Of a stretch of DNA of 64,000 nt, positions 1 to 10,374 are shown one piece after another (position 1 is the first letter of the stretch; every line of letters starts with the position of its first letter). The notes beneath the pieces were generated by a model. That model was not told the origin of the DNA. It saw nothing but the letters and a program-made list of their open reading frames with translations, and searched no databases. The stretch is taken from positions 352,001 to 416,000 of the forward strand of contig CAVYTU010000013.1 of NCBI GenBank assembly GCA_963771465.1, read 5' to 3'. A program made the translations under genes and the position numbers. The DNA is from an uncultured delta proteobacterium. GTDB taxonomy: Bacteria > Desulfobacterota > Binatia > UBA9968.

Positions 1-1
1 A

Positions 2-703
2 TTCGAAAAATTTAACTACCTAGGCGCGGCGGATGCCGGCGGGCATTATGTTTTCTATACTCGTAAGGAAACCGGCACCAACAATTTGGAAAAGCTGCGT
101 GCTGCAACCGGCATCCGCATCGGCGCGCAATCGATCGGCCACAGTAATTATAATTTGGCGCGGCTCATCGCCTTTCTGTTGCCTTTGAAGGATGCGCGGT
201 TTGTGACCGGCTATTCGAGTCCGGAGATTGACGCGGCGGTTTTGCGCGGAGAACTGGACTCGAGATTCAACCAGTCGCACACCATCCTGCAGCGATTTCC
301 GGAATGGCTAGACAAGGGGCTGATGGATTTTCATGCTGTCTTGGAAATCCCCAGAGGCGACAAACACCCAAGGTTTGCCAATCTGCCCGAGCTGGAAAGT
401 TTCGCCAAAACGGAAAGAGAGCGCCAGCTGCTGCAGCTGCTGCGTGGTTTCCGCTTGTCCGGCTCGCCCTTTATCGCGCCGCCGGGGACGCCGCGCGACC
501 TTGTGACGATTCTGCAAGACGCCATGACCAAAGCTTTCAAAGACCCCGAGTTCCCCGTGGTGTTCAAAAAAATGGTCGGTGACGATGCCGAAATTGTTTT
601 TCCGGCGGTGATGGACAAAGGCATTAAAGAGTTGCCACGCAATCCCGAGGTTATCGAACTTTTTACCAAAATCGCCGGGCCCAACCCGTTGCCGCCTCGT
701 TGA
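2..703 (+). CDS. Tripartite tricarboxylate transporter (TctC/Bug-like) substrate-binding protein, 5'-partial
   Basis: Frame is open from the window start. Motifs 'VTGY..PEIDAAVLRGELD' and 'PFIAPPGTPRDLVTILQDAM.KAFKDPEF' are typical of Bug/TctC. Confidence 0.8.
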   Translation, partial: FEKFNYLGAADAGGHYVFYTRKETGTNNLEKLRAATGIRIGAQSIGHSNYNLARLIAFLLPLKDARFVTGYSSPEIDAAVLRGELDSRFNQSHTILQRFPEWLDKGLMDFHAVLEIPRGDKHPRFANLPELESFAKTERERQLLQLLRGFRLSGSPFIAPPGTPRDLVTILQDAMTKAFKDPEFPVVFKKMVGDDAEIVFPAVMDKGIKELPRNPEVIELFTKIAGPNPLPPR

Positions 704-771
704 TATCGTCGCCGTCGCCGCTAGCGCCGCGACAAAGGCAAAATCGCCGGCGCATTTTTGAAGGAGTAAAC

Positions 772-1719
772 ATGGCGCGATTGCCCCTGTGCGTGATCTT
801 GGCCGCATGGACATCGCTTAGCGCGATCAATGTTGGCGCGGAAACCGTTCACATCGGCATCTCCACGCCCGGGCTGTATGAAATCCCCACGGAAATCGCC
901 CAGCGCAAAGGCTATTACCGCGAGGAAAATCTCGACGTGCGTAAAGTGGTGATCCGCACCAACCTGCAAGTTCCCGCGCTCATGGCCGGCGAGCTCGATT
1001 ACTCCACTGTCAGCGGCATCATCGCGCGCGCGTCGATCCAAGGTCTGCCGGTGAAAGGCGTGATGGGCTGGTTCGATCGGCCGCTGCATATTTTGATCGC
1101 CAAGCCTGGCTTCAAGCGCTTGAGCGATTTCAAGGGCAAAAGAATCGGCGTCAGCGGCTTGGGCTCGGCGCCGCATATCATCTTGCGCGAAGCGCTGGCG
1201 CAAGCCGGCATGCATCCGGATCGCGACGTGACCACGCTCGCGCTGGGTGGCTCCGGCGAACGTCTTGCCGCGCTCATCGCTGGCACGGTGGACGCCACGC
1301 CGCTCGACGTTGCTTACGTTGAGAAAGCGGAAAAACTCGGCCTGGTTCCGATCCTCTATTTCGGCGATGTCGTGCACACGCGGCTCGGCGGCTTCGGCGT
1401 CTCGCTGGACAAGATAAGAAAGAATCCGACGCAGATCACTCGCGTGATTAAAGCGACGTTGAAAGGCGTCAGATTTATTCGAGACAACAAACTGGAGACG
1501 CTGGCGATTATGCGCGACTACTTAAACGTCAGCGCCGACGGCGCGCAGAAGGTCTATGATTTCTCCATGCGCTCGCTCAATGCAGACGGCGGCGTGGCCA
1601 AAGCCACCATGGACAGCGAAATTCGTCTCGCCAAAGAGCAGCTAAAGATCACCGAAGAAATCCCCGAAGAAAAAATCATGGACTGGCGCTTTCTCAGAGA
1701 AGTGCTGGGGCAGAAATAA
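772..1719 (+). CDS. ABC transporter substrate-binding protein, NMT1/SsuA/TauA family
   Basis: AGGAG RBS before ATG772, signal peptide, 'DFKGKRIGVSGLGS' and 'RLAALIAGTVDA'. Confidence 0.85.
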   Translation: MARLPLCVILAAWTSLSAINVGAETVHIGISTPGLYEIPTEIAQRKGYYREENLDVRKVVIRTNLQVPALMAGELDYSTVSGIIARASIQGLPVKGVMGWFDRPLHILIAKPGFKRLSDFKGKRIGVSGLGSAPHIILREALAQAGMHPDRDVTTLALGGSGERLAALIAGTVDATPLDVAYVEKAEKLGLVPILYFGDVVHTRLGGFGVSLDKIRKNPTQITRVIKATLKGVRFIRDNKLETLAIMRDYLNVSADGAQKVYDFSMRSLNADGGVAKATMDSEIRLAKEQLKITEEIPEEKIMDWRFLREVLGQK

Positions 1720-1820
1720 TTGCGTCACCAGCGCCGCTGCACATCGAATTTCGACACGAAGATCGCCATGGTTTTGATCCATTGTTGGCGAACTTCTGAG
1801 TTCATCCGTGTTGCCAAGTC

Positions 1821-3218
1821 CTACCTTGCAACCGGAGGATTTGCGCTTTGGTAGCGGAACTCTAGAATTGCGCCTGGATTGTCACCGTCATTGTCGGTCG
1901 CGACATAGAACGTTTTACCATCGGGGTGGATTGCCAGATCGCGGTAACGGTTCTTGGTGCGCCATAGTTCCGGCGCCTCACTAACGATCGAATTCCCGTC
2001 CGCGCTCAACTTGAGACGAAATACGCTTCCGCGTTTTAGGCTCGGTATGAGCAATGAGGTGACCCAATGTGGGATTGCAACCGAAGCGTTTGGATAGATC
2101 TCTATGCTCGACGGTGCAATTGAGGGGTAACAAGCGATACCTGAGCAATCCGGACGCTCAAACTTGAAGTCGTTATCTACGGTACCAAACGTCTTGATCG
2201 GTGGGACGAAATTGGAATCGACGAACGAACTTTCCTTCAGGCGCGGCACTGACGCGGGAGTGTTTACGGAATGATACGCGATAGATTTACAAGGAGTCGG
2301 TGTCGAAGCGGACCAGTTATCGTAGGTATAGGCTTTGTCATCTATGTAACCCGCCACTCTAGGCCAACCATAGTTTTTGCCAGCCTTTATAAGGTTGACC
2401 TCATCGTCCGTTTTGGCTCCATGTTCAGAGGAGTATAATTTTCCGCCGAGTCCGAACACGATTCCCTGAGCATTCCGATGGCCATAACTGTAAACGTGGC
2501 TTCGCACGCTGCCGATCGCGGGATTATCTGCCGGGATGCTTCCATCCAGATTCAATCGCAAGATCTTTCCTTGGTAGGAAGACCAATCCCGAGTGCTAAC
2601 TTCGGCAGGAGTGGGAAGACTCATAGCGCGATTGACGCTACATTTGTTCCAGGAATGGTTGGCGCCTTGATCACCGATGGTATAGAAAAGCTTCCCGTCG
2701 GGTCCGATTTTTAGTCGGCCAGCGTTGTGATCAGCGCTGGCCGGCAATCCACTGATGAGGTCTAGCGCATTGCCAAGACTTTGCGTTGCCGAGTCGTAGG
2801 TGTATCGCCGGATTTTTGCGCGTCGAGTCCCGGTAGCCTCGGCGCCTTCCAAGTAGGTATAGGCAACGTAAACATAATCCTCCCCCATGCGCCGTAGCAT
2901 ATTCGGGTGCAAGGTCATGCCGAGTAAACCCATCTGACTACCCCTCAAATACACTTCACTGATCATGATGGCGACGACCTTAGAACCGTTCGTCGGATTC
3001 ACCCGCAATACCTGTTTGCCATGCCGTTCCGTAACCCAGAGATGACTATCCGGCCCCCATACGATTTGCCATGGATAGTTGAGACCCGTCACCACGACAC
3101 GAGAAGAAAACACATCTTCCTGAGCAAAAACTGACCGAGAAAGCGTCAAGACAAACGAAAACAAGAATGCAATAACGATAACCTCAATTAAAGTTGCGCA
3201 GCGGCTCATTCCCGCCAT
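1821..3218 (-). CDS. PQQ-dependent glucose/sorbosone dehydrogenase (soluble sGDH family), secreted
   Basis: Signal peptide; 'GLNYPWQI', 'HNAGRLKIGPDGKLFYTIGDQG', 'YSYGHRNAQG', 'DEVNLI..GKNYGWP', 'RYRDLA'. Confidence 0.9.
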   Translation of the reverse strand: MAGMSRCATLIEVIVIAFLFSFVLTLSRSVFAQEDVFSSRVVVTGLNYPWQIVWGPDSHLWVTERHGKQVLRVNPTNGSKVVAIMISEVYLRGSQMGLLGMTLHPNMLRRMGEDYVYVAYTYLEGAEATGTRRAKIRRYTYDSATQSLGNALDLISGLPASADHNAGRLKIGPDGKLFYTIGDQGANHSWNKCSVNRAMSLPTPAEVSTRDWSSYQGKILRLNLDGSIPADNPAIGSVRSHVYSYGHRNAQGIVFGLGGKLYSSEHGAKTDDEVNLIKAGKNYGWPRVAGYIDDKAYTYDNWSASTPTPCKSIAYHSVNTPASVPRLKESSFVDSNFVPPIKTFGTVDNDFKFERPDCSGIACYPSIAPSSIEIYPNASVAIPHWVTSLLIPSLKRGSVFRLKLSADGNSIVSEAPELWRTKNRYRDLAIHPDGKTFYVATDNDGDNPGAILEFRYQSANPPVAR

Positions 3219-3475
3219 TAGTTACCTCCAACGATTTGTGCGAAAGTTACGGCAAACGCTACGCCGGCGTCAAGGTGAAGCGCGAATTCGCCGCAAAGCT
3301 TCTGCTGAGTCTTCGGCTGCGTAAAGGTTAAACTCCTACGTAGGAACTAGAGTTTGCGTCACGACCGTTGCTTCCTGGCTGCCGCTTGCTTGACAGAGGG
3401 TGAACTTTGCTTGTAGACCAATTTCATCAGAACGTTCCTGCTTATGAGCGGGACCCATAAAGGAGTAAACAGTTT

Positions 3476-4434
3476 ATGGCACAGATTGTCATTGGCATCG
3501 GCACATCGCATAGCCCGCAGTTGAGCATCCGGGCGAAGGACTGGGAACATCTTGCTGAAAAAGGATCAGACTGATCCGAGGCTGGATTATCCGGCTCTCG
3601 TCAAGCGCGCAAAGCCTGGGTTAGAGGCGGAGCTCACACCGGAGAAATTTCGCGAGCGCGACGAAGCTTGCCTGAAGGCGGTCAGTAACTTAGGCGAGGC
3701 GCTAAAAAAGGCCAATGCAGACGTGGTGGTGGTGTTCGGCGACGATCAGCAGGAACAGTTTCACGACGACAACATGCCGATGTTCGCGATCTATCACGGC
3801 AAGTCGCTGCCGGTGGTGAAAGATCACGGGCTTGCGGCCGTCCGGTTGGAAAGACGCCGAGCGGCAAGGCTGGGCCGAGACTCAACCCGAGTACGATACC
3901 GCGTCCGATCTGGCGAATCATTTGATTCGCGCTTTGACTGACGCTGAGTTCGATATTACGCGCTGCAATAAATTGCGCGCTGAGATCGGCGTCGGCCATG
4001 CGTTTAGCTTTCTCTACCGGCGCATTTTGCCGGGCGGAAAAATTCCGATGGTGCCGGTCATGGTCAACACCTATTATCCGCCGAACCAGCCAACGCCCAA
4101 ACGTTGCTATACTTTCGGCCAGGCGGTGCGTAAAGCGATCGAGGCGTGGAACAGCGATAAGCGCGTCGCGTTGGTGGCGTCGGGCGGATTGAGCCACGTC
4201 GTGATCGATGAAGAGATCGACGCGATGGTCATCGACGGCTTGAAGAACAAGAAGCCTGAGGTACTGTTTCAACTGCCGCGGGAAAGACTGTGGGGCGGCA
4301 CATCGGAGATTCTCAATTGGGTTGCGCTCGCCGGGGCGATGGAAGATCGCGAACTAAAATACTTGGAATACGTGACCACTTACCGTTCACCGGCGGCGAC
4401 CGGGTGCGGGATGGGGTTTGCGTATTGGATGTGA
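3476..4434 (+). CDS. LigB-family (class III extradiol) ring-cleavage dioxygenase-like protein, interrupted by two +1 frameshifts
   Basis: AGGAG then ATG3476 'MAQIVIGIGTSHSPQ'. The protein continues in ORF 3552 ('FGDDQQEQF') and ORF 3832 ('GHAF', 'SGGLSH', 'GTSEILNW'). Shifts at ~3551 and ~3830. Confidence 0.8.
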
Positions 4435-4449
4435 GTTGAAAGAGATTTA

Positions 4450-4467
4450 GCCGCAAAGAACGCAAAA
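4450..4467 (+). repeat. Short degenerate 9-bp tandem (GCCGCAAAG AACGCAAAA) in the ligB-rraA spacer
   Basis: Read directly; two units. Confidence 0.35.
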
Positions 4468-4500
4468 AAGGAACTGGTTACAGAAAGAAGAAGAATTTGA

Positions 4501-5163
4501 ATGGGCCGTGAACCGATCATCGAACGACTGGCGAAACTCGACACCTGTGCGGTTTCGGATGCGCTGGACAGTTTGAATTTAAAGGGTGCGACCTGGGGCG
4601 TGCGGCCGCAGTGGCCGTGTCCAAAGATCGCCGGACGCGCGGTGACTATGAAGATCAAACCCGCCGGCTTGCAACAGCCGACGCAGCATCTCGGCACGGC
4701 GCCGATCGAAACTGCCGAGCCCGGCGATATCATCGTCATCGATAACGGCGGCAAGTTGGAGTTTTCCTGCTGGGGCGGCTTGTTGGCCTTGTCGGCTAAA
4801 CTAAAAGGCGTGAGCGGCGTCGTCATCGATGGCGCGTCGCGGGACATCGACGAAGCGCGCGATTTAGAATTTCCCGTTTACGCGCGCGGCGTGGTGCCCA
4901 TGACGGCGCGCGGCCGGGTGGTGCAGGAATCTTACAATCAGGAAATTCAATTCGCCGGCGTGCAGTGTCATCCCGGAGATTTGGTTTTGGCCGACGGCAG
5001 CGGCGTTATCATTATTGCCAAGGAAAAAGAAAACGAAGCGGTCGCCGCGGCGGAAGCGATTTACGCCAAAGAACAAGAGATGGCAGCGGGTATCCGCAAA
5101 GGTTATTCCGGCCTCGAGATGCTCGAGAAGCTCGGTTACGAGCAGATGCTCAATAGGAAATGA
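4501..5163 (+). CDS. RraA family / 4-hydroxy-4-methyl-2-oxoglutarate aldolase-like protein
   Basis: 'VSDALD', 'GRAVT', 'PGDIIVID', 'WGGLL', 'VIDGASRD', 'PGDLVLADGSGV'. Confidence 0.9.
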   Translation: MGREPIIERLAKLDTCAVSDALDSLNLKGATWGVRPQWPCPKIAGRAVTMKIKPAGLQQPTQHLGTAPIETAEPGDIIVIDNGGKLEFSCWGGLLALSAKLKGVSGVVIDGASRDIDEARDLEFPVYARGVVPMTARGRVVQESYNQEIQFAGVQCHPGDLVLADGSGVIIIAKEKENEAVAAAEAIYAKEQEMAAGIRKGYSGLEMLEKLGYEQMLNRK

Positions 5164-5176
5164 GGCTACTGAGATT

Positions 5177-5208
5177 GGCGTGGCGGAGTAGCGGAGTGTT
5201 GAATTATT
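5177..5208 (+). repeat. Degenerate 8-bp tandem (GGCGTGGC GGAGTAGC GGAGTGTT GAATTATT)
   Basis: Read directly, just downstream of the rraA stop. Confidence 0.35.
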
Positions 5209-5264
5209 GTAAAGGCCGACGACGGCGTATCGACGGAAGTTTCTCACGCTGGTAAAAAGCCAAA

Positions 5265-6440
5265 ATGCTGACGCATGATGAAAATATATTTTTGACTCAA
5301 GTTGGACGGGGCACGCCGTGCGGCGAGCTCTTGCGGCGTTACTGGCATCCGGTCGCGGCGGCGGCTGAATTGACCGACGAAAAGCCGATTCGACGAGTGA
5401 AGATTCTTGGCGAAGAGTTGGTCGTTTATCGCGATAAGAAGGGCAACTACGGCTTGGTCGGCGAGCATTGTCCGCACCGTTTGGCTTCGCTCGCTTATGG
5501 GCGGGTGGACGAAGAGGGAATTCGGTGCCCCTATCACGGCTGGAAGTTCGATGGCACCGGCAGGTGTTTGGAGCAACCGGCCGAGCCCGCTGACAGTACG
5601 TTTAAAGATCGTATCAAACATGTCGCCTATCCCGCTGAATATCTCGGCGGGCTGATCTACGCCTATCTTGGACCGGCGCCGGCGCCGCTGTTACCACGCT
5701 GGGATGTTTTGGTGTGGGAACATGGCCGGCGCTGGATCGTCAAGGAGTCGGTGATCGATTGCAATTGGCTGCAGCCGATGGAAAATTCCGTCGATCCGTC
5801 GCATCTGTTCTGGCTCCACGGCGACACGGCCCATCTGGCGCCGCGCGTGAAGAAGTATGCCGAGAAGCACGAGTTCATTCGTTTCGAATACGGCATCAAA
5901 AAACGGCGCACGACCTTGCCGCTTTCATCAGGCGGCAAAGCGGAAGTTGACGAGCACCCGCTGCTGTTTCCCTCCGTGTTGCGCCACGTCGCGCCATTCG
6001 ATGACGGCAAGTCGGTGCGGCACAACTTGCAAATTCGCGTGCCGATCGACGATCACCACACGCAAGTGTTCCGTGCTAACTTTGTACCCTCGGAGACCGA
6101 GCGCTCGCCCGCCGATGCGCCGGTGCCGTTTCGATTCACACCGTTAAAGACCGCGCCGCGTGAATACCGGATGGACATGGTTTCGGCGCAGGATTCGATG
6201 GCGTGGGAAACTCAAGGTCATCTGACCGACCGTGCCACGGAGCATCTCGGTGTTGGCGATGAAGGCGTCATCGAGTTGCGCAAACTTTTGAAAGAGCAGA
6301 TCGAGCGGGTGCAGCAGGGACTGGAGCCGATCGGCATCATCCGCGATCCAGCAAAAAATCAACTCATCGATCTCGGTGTCATCAACGAACGGATTGGTCT
6401 TTACCGAAACCGCCCGCAACAGAATCGCATCGCTTCATAA
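5265..6440 (+). CDS. Rieske non-heme iron oxygenase alpha subunit (phthalate 4,5-dioxygenase/LigXa-like)
   Basis: Rieske 'CPHR...CPYHGW'; mononuclear Fe site 'ENSVDPSHLFWLH' and 'QD.MAWETQG'. Confidence 0.9.
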   Translation: MLTHDENIFLTQVGRGTPCGELLRRYWHPVAAAAELTDEKPIRRVKILGEELVVYRDKKGNYGLVGEHCPHRLASLAYGRVDEEGIRCPYHGWKFDGTGRCLEQPAEPADSTFKDRIKHVAYPAEYLGGLIYAYLGPAPAPLLPRWDVLVWEHGRRWIVKESVIDCNWLQPMENSVDPSHLFWLHGDTAHLAPRVKKYAEKHEFIRFEYGIKKRRTTLPLSSGGKAEVDEHPLLFPSVLRHVAPFDDGKSVRHNLQIRVPIDDHHTQVFRANFVPSETERSPADAPVPFRFTPLKTAPREYRMDMVSAQDSMAWETQGHLTDRATEHLGVGDEGVIELRKLLKEQIERVQQGLEPIGIIRDPAKNQLIDLGVINERIGLYRNRPQQNRIAS

Positions 6441-6610
6441 ATTCCATTTTCTCTTCTCTCATCGGCTCTCGTGACAAACGGGAATCCATTCTCGGCAGCT
6501 CAATCGATTCTTAATCGAAGCTCCTGACGGTGCGGCCCTTTAGTTCCGCTTGTACTCCTTCACGCGCGCGCCGTTAGAATCGTTTAGGTATAAAAATTAC
6601 AGATATAATA

Positions 6611-6623
6611 TAACCTATTGATT
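6611..6623 (-). promoter_or_regulatory. IHF consensus site in an AT-rich intergenic region
   Basis: Minus strand AATCAA-TAGG-TTA matches WATCAANNNNTTR, upstream of the second Rieske gene. Confidence 0.4.
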
Positions 6624-6893
6624 TTAAAAGCTTTTTTTCACATCAAGTCTTGCGTAAAGAAGGCTTAATCGACTATGATCACAGCCTATGTCGTTGCCCA
6701 TAGACACAGCGCGATTGTCCATTAACGGCATGCATATCTGCACGCGATCAAGAACTCTCGCCGGCTTAATTTTTTTACTGGCAATTTCGCTCAGCTCCAG
6801 CGCGCTGACAGCGCGTTGAAAATCGTCGACGAGGCATTGACCAAAGCAGGCAAGAAGTAACCATCGATTGCAATCAAGACGGAGGAGAGGGTC

Positions 6894-8060
6894 ATGTTAA
6901 CCAGAGAAGAAAATAATATTCTCACCCAAGTGGGGCCCGGAACGCCGGCCGGCGAACTGCTGCGCCGTTACTGGCTGCCAGTCGGTGTGGCGAACGAGCT
7001 GACTCCGGACAATCCGACACAGACGGTGCGGATTCTCGGCGAGACGTTGGTCTTGTTCCGCGACAAGAGCGGTAATATCGGTCTCATCAACGATCGCTGC
7101 CAGCACCGCGGCGCGTCGCTCACCTATGGCCGGGTCGAATCCCGCGGCATTGCTTGCCCGTATCATGGCTGGCTCTATGACACGAAGGGCAACTGTCTCG
7201 AAACCCCGGCCGAGCCTTGCGAGAGCAAATTCCATCTAACCGTTAAGCAGAAAGCCTATCCGGTGCAAAAGTTGGTTGGTTTGTATTGGGCTTATCTCGG
7301 CCCGCTGCCGGCGCCGTTGATCGCCAATTTCGATATTTGGTTTCGCAAGGACGGCCATCGAAAACTCTTTATTCAACCGCCGCTGGACTGCAACTGGTTC
7401 CAGCCCATGGAAAATTCCATGGACCCGGCGCATCTGCAGATTCTGCACCAAGACACGGCCAACCGCGGCCGGTCGATTCAAGATTCGACGCGGGGGTTGA
7501 CCGACGACGTCCACGAGTTCGATTTCTATGAAACGTCTTACGGTTTGATGAAGCGGCGCACTTATAAGAACGGCATGATCGATGAGCATCCCGTGATCTT
7601 CCCCAACATCCTACGTCAGGGCAATGTCGGTCAAATCCGCGTGCCGATAGACGACACCCATACAAAAGTCTTTTTCGTACGCTTCTTCCCATCCGCCAAC
7701 GGCGAGATCGTCGAATACGACGATCCACCGGTGGAATACATCAAGCCGTATAAGAATCCGCCTGACGCGCTGCATCCGTTTACGAAGTTTCGCATGGACG
7801 CCGTGCAGGCGCAGGATCACATGGCTTGGGAAACCCAGGGGCCGATCTGTGACCGTACTCAGGAACGTTTAACCAGCTCCGATCGCGGTGTTATCCTGCT
7901 GCGCGAAGTGATGTTCCGGGAGATGAAAAAAGTTCGGCAAGGCCAGGATCCCATGGGAGTGATTCGCGACCCGGCGAATAATCCTTTCATCGACACCCAT
8001 CTGATGGAATCCATCGCGCAAAGCAGCAACAATCGCGCGCCCCGCGTGGTCAACGAATAG
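6894..8060 (+). CDS. Rieske non-heme iron oxygenase alpha subunit (paralogue of 5265..6440)
   Basis: 'CQHR...CPYHGW', 'ENSMDPAHLQILH', 'QDHMAWETQG'; GGAGGAG RBS. Confidence 0.9.
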   Translation: MLTREENNILTQVGPGTPAGELLRRYWLPVGVANELTPDNPTQTVRILGETLVLFRDKSGNIGLINDRCQHRGASLTYGRVESRGIACPYHGWLYDTKGNCLETPAEPCESKFHLTVKQKAYPVQKLVGLYWAYLGPLPAPLIANFDIWFRKDGHRKLFIQPPLDCNWFQPMENSMDPAHLQILHQDTANRGRSIQDSTRGLTDDVHEFDFYETSYGLMKRRTYKNGMIDEHPVIFPNILRQGNVGQIRVPIDDTHTKVFFVRFFPSANGEIVEYDDPPVEYIKPYKNPPDALHPFTKFRMDAVQAQDHMAWETQGPICDRTQERLTSSDRGVILLREVMFREMKKVRQGQDPMGVIRDPANNPFIDTHLMESIAQSSNNRAPRVVNE

Positions 8061-8291
8061 CGGACCGGCCCGCCACCGCGCTCCTCTGGTGCTTCCGGAG
8101 GAGCGCGGCTTTGCTCCGCGAAGTTCCGTGTTTTCGGTTTACCCAATCAATAACTTGAAAATTGCATAATTCAGTTCGCGCTTAGTGCGCGAGCCGTCAT
8201 CTTCGCTTGCCTTAACCCCACGGCGAGATTATGATCCACTCGCTTTGGCGTTCGCTCACGGCAAATCTAAAATTAGTCGAGGAATAAGTTT

Positions 8292-9023
8292 ATGGCCGAT
8301 CTAAGTAAACTGCGCGAACTCGTCGCACAATCTTGCCGCATCCTCGGCAAGCTCAATTTGACCAAGGAGCCGAGCGGCCACGTGAGCGCGCGGGTGCCGG
8401 GCGAAGATCGCGTGTTGATCAAAGCGCGCGGACCGGAGGAGACCGGCTTACGTTTCGTGTCGGCGCGCGACATTATCACGGTTGATTTCAACGGCAAGAA
8501 AATCGCCGGCGACGACGGCCTCGACGTGCCGCAGGAAGTGTTCATTCACACCTGGTTGTATAAAACTCGTCCCGACGTGGAGTGTGTGGTGCATGTGCAT
8601 CCACTGACAGTGGTGTTGTTCACGATCTGCAACAAGCCGATTCAACCTTTGTACGGGGCCTACGATCCGTCGGGTTTGCGCTTGCTGGTTGAAGGTCTGG
8701 CAACCTATCCGCGCAGCATTACGGTGTCGAACGAAGCGCTCGGCGAAGAGTTTGCCACGGCGATGGGCGACAAGCAGGCGTGTCTGATGCGCGGCCACGG
8801 CATAACCAGCGCCGGGCCGAATGTCGAAGACGCGACCTTGACGGCGATCAAGTTAAACGATGCCGCGGTGATCAACTATCAAGCCAGTCTACTCGGCACG
8901 CCGGAGCCCATTTCGCAGGAGGACATCGATATTCTCGTCGGCAAGTCGCGCACTGCCGGCAACAAATCGGTGCACGCCGGCTCCAATTGGCGCTACTACC
9001 GTAAACTGCTCGATGAGGAATAA
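8292..9023 (+). CDS. Class II aldolase/adducin family protein
   Basis: 'GHVSAR', 'EVFIHTWLY..RPDV..VVHVHP', 'LMRGHG'. Confidence 0.9.
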   Translation: MADLSKLRELVAQSCRILGKLNLTKEPSGHVSARVPGEDRVLIKARGPEETGLRFVSARDIITVDFNGKKIAGDDGLDVPQEVFIHTWLYKTRPDVECVVHVHPLTVVLFTICNKPIQPLYGAYDPSGLRLLVEGLATYPRSITVSNEALGEEFATAMGDKQACLMRGHGITSAGPNVEDATLTAIKLNDAAVINYQASLLGTPEPISQEDIDILVGKSRTAGNKSVHAGSNWRYYRKLLDEE

Positions 9024-9030
9024 GCGAGTG

Positions 9031-9075
9031 CGTTCAAACGGTTCCAATCGTTCAAGGCGTTCAAATCGGTTCGGA
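9031..9075 (+). repeat. 9-bp-period array (CGTTCAAAC GGTTCCAAT CGTTCAAGG CGTTCAAAT CGGTTCGGA)
   Basis: Starts 8 nt after the aldolase stop; related arrays at 14348, 29271 and 34855. Confidence 0.7.
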
Positions 9076-9199
9076 ATTTAAGAGCTAAGTCGTTGGCGCG
9101 ATGTCGAATCAATGCTGACCCAGACTGCTTTGCCTCGTTATGCACACGAGTCGAGGCAAATCCAGTATTCCATCGGCGACAGAAGAGGAGAAGGGGACG

Positions 9200-10303
9200 A
9201 TGACAAATAGTTTCGTCCTGATAAGCGGCGCCTTTCTATTGCCGTTATTTTTGTCGATTACTTCCGGTTTGGCGCAGGACAAGGGTTGGGAACAAAAGTG
9301 GGATCAATTGCTATCGGCGGCGAAAAAAGAAGGCAAAGTGGTTTTCGCGGCGGCGCCGGATCCGCTCATGCGAAAACATATTCCGGAAAAATTTACGTCC
9401 AGGTTCGGTATCCAAGTCGAATATTTGGCCGGCCGTAGCAGCGACCTGGCGGCCCGCCTGCGCGTGGAGCGGCAAGCAGGAATTTACACGGTGGATGCCG
9501 TGACCGCGGGTATCCAAACCATGGCGACCTCACTTTATGCGGAAAAGATGCTCGATCCGCTGAAGCCGCTGCTGATTTTACCCGAGGTGGTGGACGGTTC
9601 TAAATGGAAGAGAGGACAGCCGTGGTTCATCGATCCGGAAGCACAGTACATCTTGCGTCTGTTCAACACGGCAAGTTCGCTCTTCTACCTGAACACCCGC
9701 TTTGTCCAGCCGGCCGAAATGAAGTCCATCAAAGATCTGTTAAAGCCAAAATGGCAAGGCAAGATTTCCGTGTTCGACCCCACCGATGCCGGCACCGGCA
9801 GCAATACGGCGGCGGCGCTTTACGTCCAGTTTGGCGAGCCCTTTTTGAAAGCGCTCTTTGTCGACCAAAAGCCGGTCTTTAGCCGCGACAAGCGCCAAAT
9901 GGAGGACTGGCTCGCCAGAGGCACTTACCCGATTTCATTCGGCGCACGCGGAGAAGAGGTGGACCGCCTGCAGAAGGACGGCTTCCCGATCATCAAGGCG
10001 GCTCCGGCAGACGCGAGGGACATGGTTACCGCCGCATCGGGTTTGCTCGCGATCATGAATCGCGCGCCCCATCCCAACGCCGCGCGCGTGTTTCTCAATT
10101 GGTTGGCTTCCAAAGAAGGCGCCGAAGTTTTTTCCCGGGCCCAATTGCACGCGACCACTCGATCCGACGTGGATGAAACCTTCTTGCCGTCCGAAATTGT
10201 GCCTCGCCGAGGGGTAGAATACTTCGACAGCTACGAGTGGGAATTTACCCTTTCGACGAAAGAGAAAGTGCGAAATATTCTGGCCAAGCTATTGAAGAAA
10301 TAG
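9200..10303 (+). CDS. ABC transporter extracellular solute-binding protein (Fe3+/AfuA-like fold)
   Basis: Signal peptide, 'AAKKEGKV', 'DLLKPKWQGKI', 'RAPHPNAARVFLNWLASKEG'; start taken at ATG9200 after a purine-rich RBS. Confidence 0.85.
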   Translation: MTNSFVLISGAFLLPLFLSITSGLAQDKGWEQKWDQLLSAAKKEGKVVFAAAPDPLMRKHIPEKFTSRFGIQVEYLAGRSSDLAARLRVERQAGIYTVDAVTAGIQTMATSLYAEKMLDPLKPLLILPEVVDGSKWKRGQPWFIDPEAQYILRLFNTASSLFYLNTRFVQPAEMKSIKDLLKPKWQGKISVFDPTDAGTGSNTAAALYVQFGEPFLKALFVDQKPVFSRDKRQMEDWLARGTYPISFGARGEEVDRLQKDGFPIIKAAPADARDMVTAASGLLAIMNRAPHPNAARVFLNWLASKEGAEVFSRAQLHATTRSDVDETFLPSEIVPRRGVEYFDSYEWEFTLSTKEKVRNILAKLLKK

Positions 10304-10374
10304 GGATGGAACCGTTCGATCAAAACGAAAACTGTGTTCGCCGGAACCAAGTATCAAGTTAGGAATTTCTTCTT

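Noticed and set aside
1728-1756. TGTCGA hexamer on the minus strand as another ECF42 promoter
   Set aside because: No CGACTA at 17 nt and no downstream minus-strand gene.
3476-4434. Programmed double frameshifting in ligB
   Set aside because: No slippery heptamer or stimulatory structure; the pattern matches the other homopolymer insertions.
6726-6742. sigma54 promoter CGGCATGCATATCTGCA
   Set aside because: GG-GC spacing is 11 nt rather than the required 10.
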